A stretch of 32,032 bases of DNA from an uncultured Acidimicrobiaceae bacterium (lineage in GTDB: Bacteria > Actinomycetota > Acidimicrobiia > Spongiisociales > UBA5794). Both the position numbers and the translations under genes were made by a program. The stretch's first letter is position 1. Each line of letters starts with the position of its first letter. Below the pieces are notes generated by a model that saw only the letters and a program-made list of their open reading frames with translations, was not told the DNA's origin and did no database searches. Below, one piece after another: positions 30,396 to 32,032 of the stretch. The stretch is from the NCBI GenBank assembly GCA_947258635.1, contig CAMYJM010000001.1, positions 1 to 32,032 of the forward strand. The letters run 5' to 3'.

Positions 30396-31721
30396 GTGAG
30401 AGAGTTCCTCAAAGCTCCGGGCGCCCGCACCTTCGGGGTCGTATGGATGGGCCAGTTGGTGTCCAACCTCGGCTCGGCCATGACGGCCTTCGGATTGGGA
30501 ATCTGGGTGTTCGTCGAAACCGGATCGGCCACCCAGTTGGCGCTCATCGTGCTCGCCGCCCGGCTCCCGATGTTGCTGGTGTCACCGTTTGCCGGCGCGC
30601 TGATCGATCGCTGGGACCGCCGGTGGGCCATGATCCTGGCCGACGGCGGCGCCGCCGTCGGGACGCTGGCCACGGTGTTGCTGCTGGTGACCGGCAACCT
30701 GGAGATATGGCACCTGTACCTGACTTTGTCGTTCAGCGGGCTGTTCTCGGCTTTCCAGTTCCCCGCCTATTCGGCGGCAACGACGCTGCTCGTCGAGCCG
30801 GACCACTACGCCCGGGCGTCGGGCATGGTGCAGCTGGCCGGAAGCATCGGCCAAGTGGCCGCCCCCACGATCGCGGCAGTTGTCGTTGTCTGGTCGGGGC
30901 TCACAATCCTCTTCGTTGTCGACTTCGTCACCTTCCACGTCGCCGTCGCCACGCTGCTGCGGGTCCGCTTCCCCGCCGCCGAGCCCAGCAAGCGCATCGG
31001 CCGGGGCGTCCGCGGCCTGCTCCTCGAAGCCAAGGAGGGGCTCAACTTCGTGGTGGAGAAGCGGGCCCTGCTGATCCTCATGCTGTCTTTTGTCGTCGTG
31101 AACTTCGAGTTTGAGTTCCAAGGCGTCCTGCTGATCACCCTGCTTCTGTACATCACCAGTGAACAGGCCGCCGGCATCATCGTCTCGATCGGGGCCGGCG
31201 GCATCGTCGCCGGCAGTCTGGCGCTGACGCTGTGGGGTGGACCGAAGAACCGGGTTAGGGGGATCTACCTTCCGATCCTGGCCATGGGCGTCGGCTTGTT
31301 GCTCATGGGCCTGCGGCCGTCGATCTCACTAGTGGTCTTTGGCATCGTCCTCATGAACGCCACCCACCCCATCGCCGGTGGGTCGAGCCAGTCGATCTGG
31401 CAATCGAAGGTCCCCCCATCACTGCAGGGACGGGTGTTCGCCATCCGTCAGATTTCGGCGATCTCGGCGGCGCCCATCGCCTTCCTGCTCGCCGGCACCC
31501 TGGCCGACCGCGTGTTCGAGCCGCTGATGGCCGACGCCACCGCAAGCCTGGGGGCGGTCATCGGCTCCGGCCCGGGGCGTGGCATCGGCCTCATGTTCGT
31601 GCTCGCCGGCCTGTTCACGGTCGCAATCGTCGCCGTCGCATGGAACCTGCCCTCCATTCGCAACCTGGAGACCACGGTCCCGGATCTCGAAGGCGAATCG
31701 TCCCCCGCCGCACGCCGCTAG
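30396..31721 (+). CDS. MFS transporter (EntS/MFS_3-like efflux type)
   Basis: 441-aa ORF with about 12 hydrophobic segments. The N-terminus FGVVWMGQLVSNLGSAMTAFGLGIWV...PFAGALIDRWDRR is typical of the enterobactin-exporter-like MFS family. It starts with GTG. Confidence 0.9.
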   Translation: MREFLKAPGARTFGVVWMGQLVSNLGSAMTAFGLGIWVFVETGSATQLALIVLAARLPMLLVSPFAGALIDRWDRRWAMILADGGAAVGTLATVLLLVTGNLEIWHLYLTLSFSGLFSAFQFPAYSAATTLLVEPDHYARASGMVQLAGSIGQVAAPTIAAVVVVWSGLTILFVVDFVTFHVAVATLLRVRFPAAEPSKRIGRGVRGLLLEAKEGLNFVVEKRALLILMLSFVVVNFEFEFQGVLLITLLLYITSEQAAGIIVSIGAGGIVAGSLALTLWGGPKNRVRGIYLPILAMGVGLLLMGLRPSISLVVFGIVLMNATHPIAGGSSQSIWQSKVPPSLQGRVFAIRQISAISAAPIAFLLAGTLADRVFEPLMADATASLGAVIGSGPGRGIGLMFVLAGLFTVAIVAVAWNLPSIRNLETTVPDLEGESSPAARR

Positions 31722-31757
31722 ACGACGACCGTTGTCCGAATACCGGCAGACGCGGGT

Positions 31758-31779
31758 GGAGGGCCGATATCGGCCCTCC
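31758..31779 (+). terminator. perfect 22-nt palindrome/hairpin after the MFS gene
   Basis: ggagggccgatatcggccctcc (31758-31779) forms a 10-bp GC-rich stem with a 2-nt centre. It starts 37 nt after the stop codon. There is no U-tract. Confidence 0.55.
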
Positions 31780-31950
31780 ATAAGGGACGGTCCCCACTGT
31801 CCTGAACGGGCCCCGCAACGGCCTCGCTCACATGGACATGTCCGGATCCGGCCATAGGAGACGGGATCTCAGCATTCTGAACACAAGAATCACGTCGCCG
31901 CTGTCAGCCTCCGGACATGTACCATCAATGGCGCGCTACCATGAGTCCAT

Positions 31951-32032
31951 ATGTCCGTGAACGCTGCCGATCGGCGGTTCCGTCGCAACTTTGATGCGAA
32001 TGTCGACGCGATTCAGGCGTACTGTCTCCGCC
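31951..32032 (+). CDS. 5' end of an unidentified ORF running off the window (MSVNAADRRFRRNFDANVDAIQAYCLR...)
   Basis: ATG 31951 opens a frame that stays open to the window end (27 codons). It is too short to identify and coding bias cannot be assessed. Confidence 0.3.
   Translation, partial: MSVNAADRRFRRNFDANVDAIQAYCLR

Noticed and set aside
31832-31957. 41-codon plus-strand ORF (MDMSGSGHRRRDLSILNTRITS...) and a ~45-codon minus-strand ORF in the terminal non-coding stretch
   Set aside because: Both have weak third-position G/C bias, lack an RBS and run through the palindromes. They are more likely regulatory DNA than genes.

Overview
High-GC segment (about two-thirds G+C by eye, strong G/C third-codon bias). 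It looks like Actinomycetota chromosome: a DUF222-HNH element, lipobox lipoproteins, an ECF sigma factor, leaderless-looking starts and many long antisense shadow ORFs. I call about 27 protein-coding genes or gene remnants. In order they are: korA (3' fragment), korB and a crotonase; then on the minus strand an SGNH hydrolase, a CDF metal exporter and a membrane-anchored SRPBCC protein; a secreted CHRD protein, a frameshifted lipoprotein and a 972-aa S8 subtilase; an SRPBCC gene remnant beside a frameshifted DUF222-HNH gene; on the minus strand an unknown lipoprotein and a TPR protein; a heterodimeric ABC exporter pair; on the minus strand an alpha/beta hydrolase and an FKBP lipoprotein; a secreted crystallin/I36-like protein, an ECF sigma and a membrane partner; a HisC-family aminotransferase, a fused E1 alpha-beta and an E2; a SnoaL-like protein, a beta-phosphoglucomutase and a GH65 phosphorylase; and a divergent MarR/MFS pair. 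I found no rRNA, tRNA, CRISPR array, transposase or integrase, and no recognisable defence or toxin-antitoxin system. I cannot point to one clear novel system. The most unusual items, all read directly from the sequence, are: (1) an in-frame 24-bp minisatellite plus a 12-bp repeat between the membrane and ATPase domains of one ABC exporter subunit; (2) a decayed HNH/DUF222 gene abutting the truncated remnant of a paralog of the SRPBCC gene 5 kb upstream; (3) an operon that translationally couples a HisC-like aminotransferase to a single-polypeptide E1 alpha-beta 2-oxoacid dehydrogenase and an E2; (4) a nested perfect inverted repeat in the leader of the operon that carries the ECF sigma; (5) ECF-type promoter motifs in front of two adjacent envelope-protein genes. 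All functional calls rest on motif recognition by eye, and no database search was possible.
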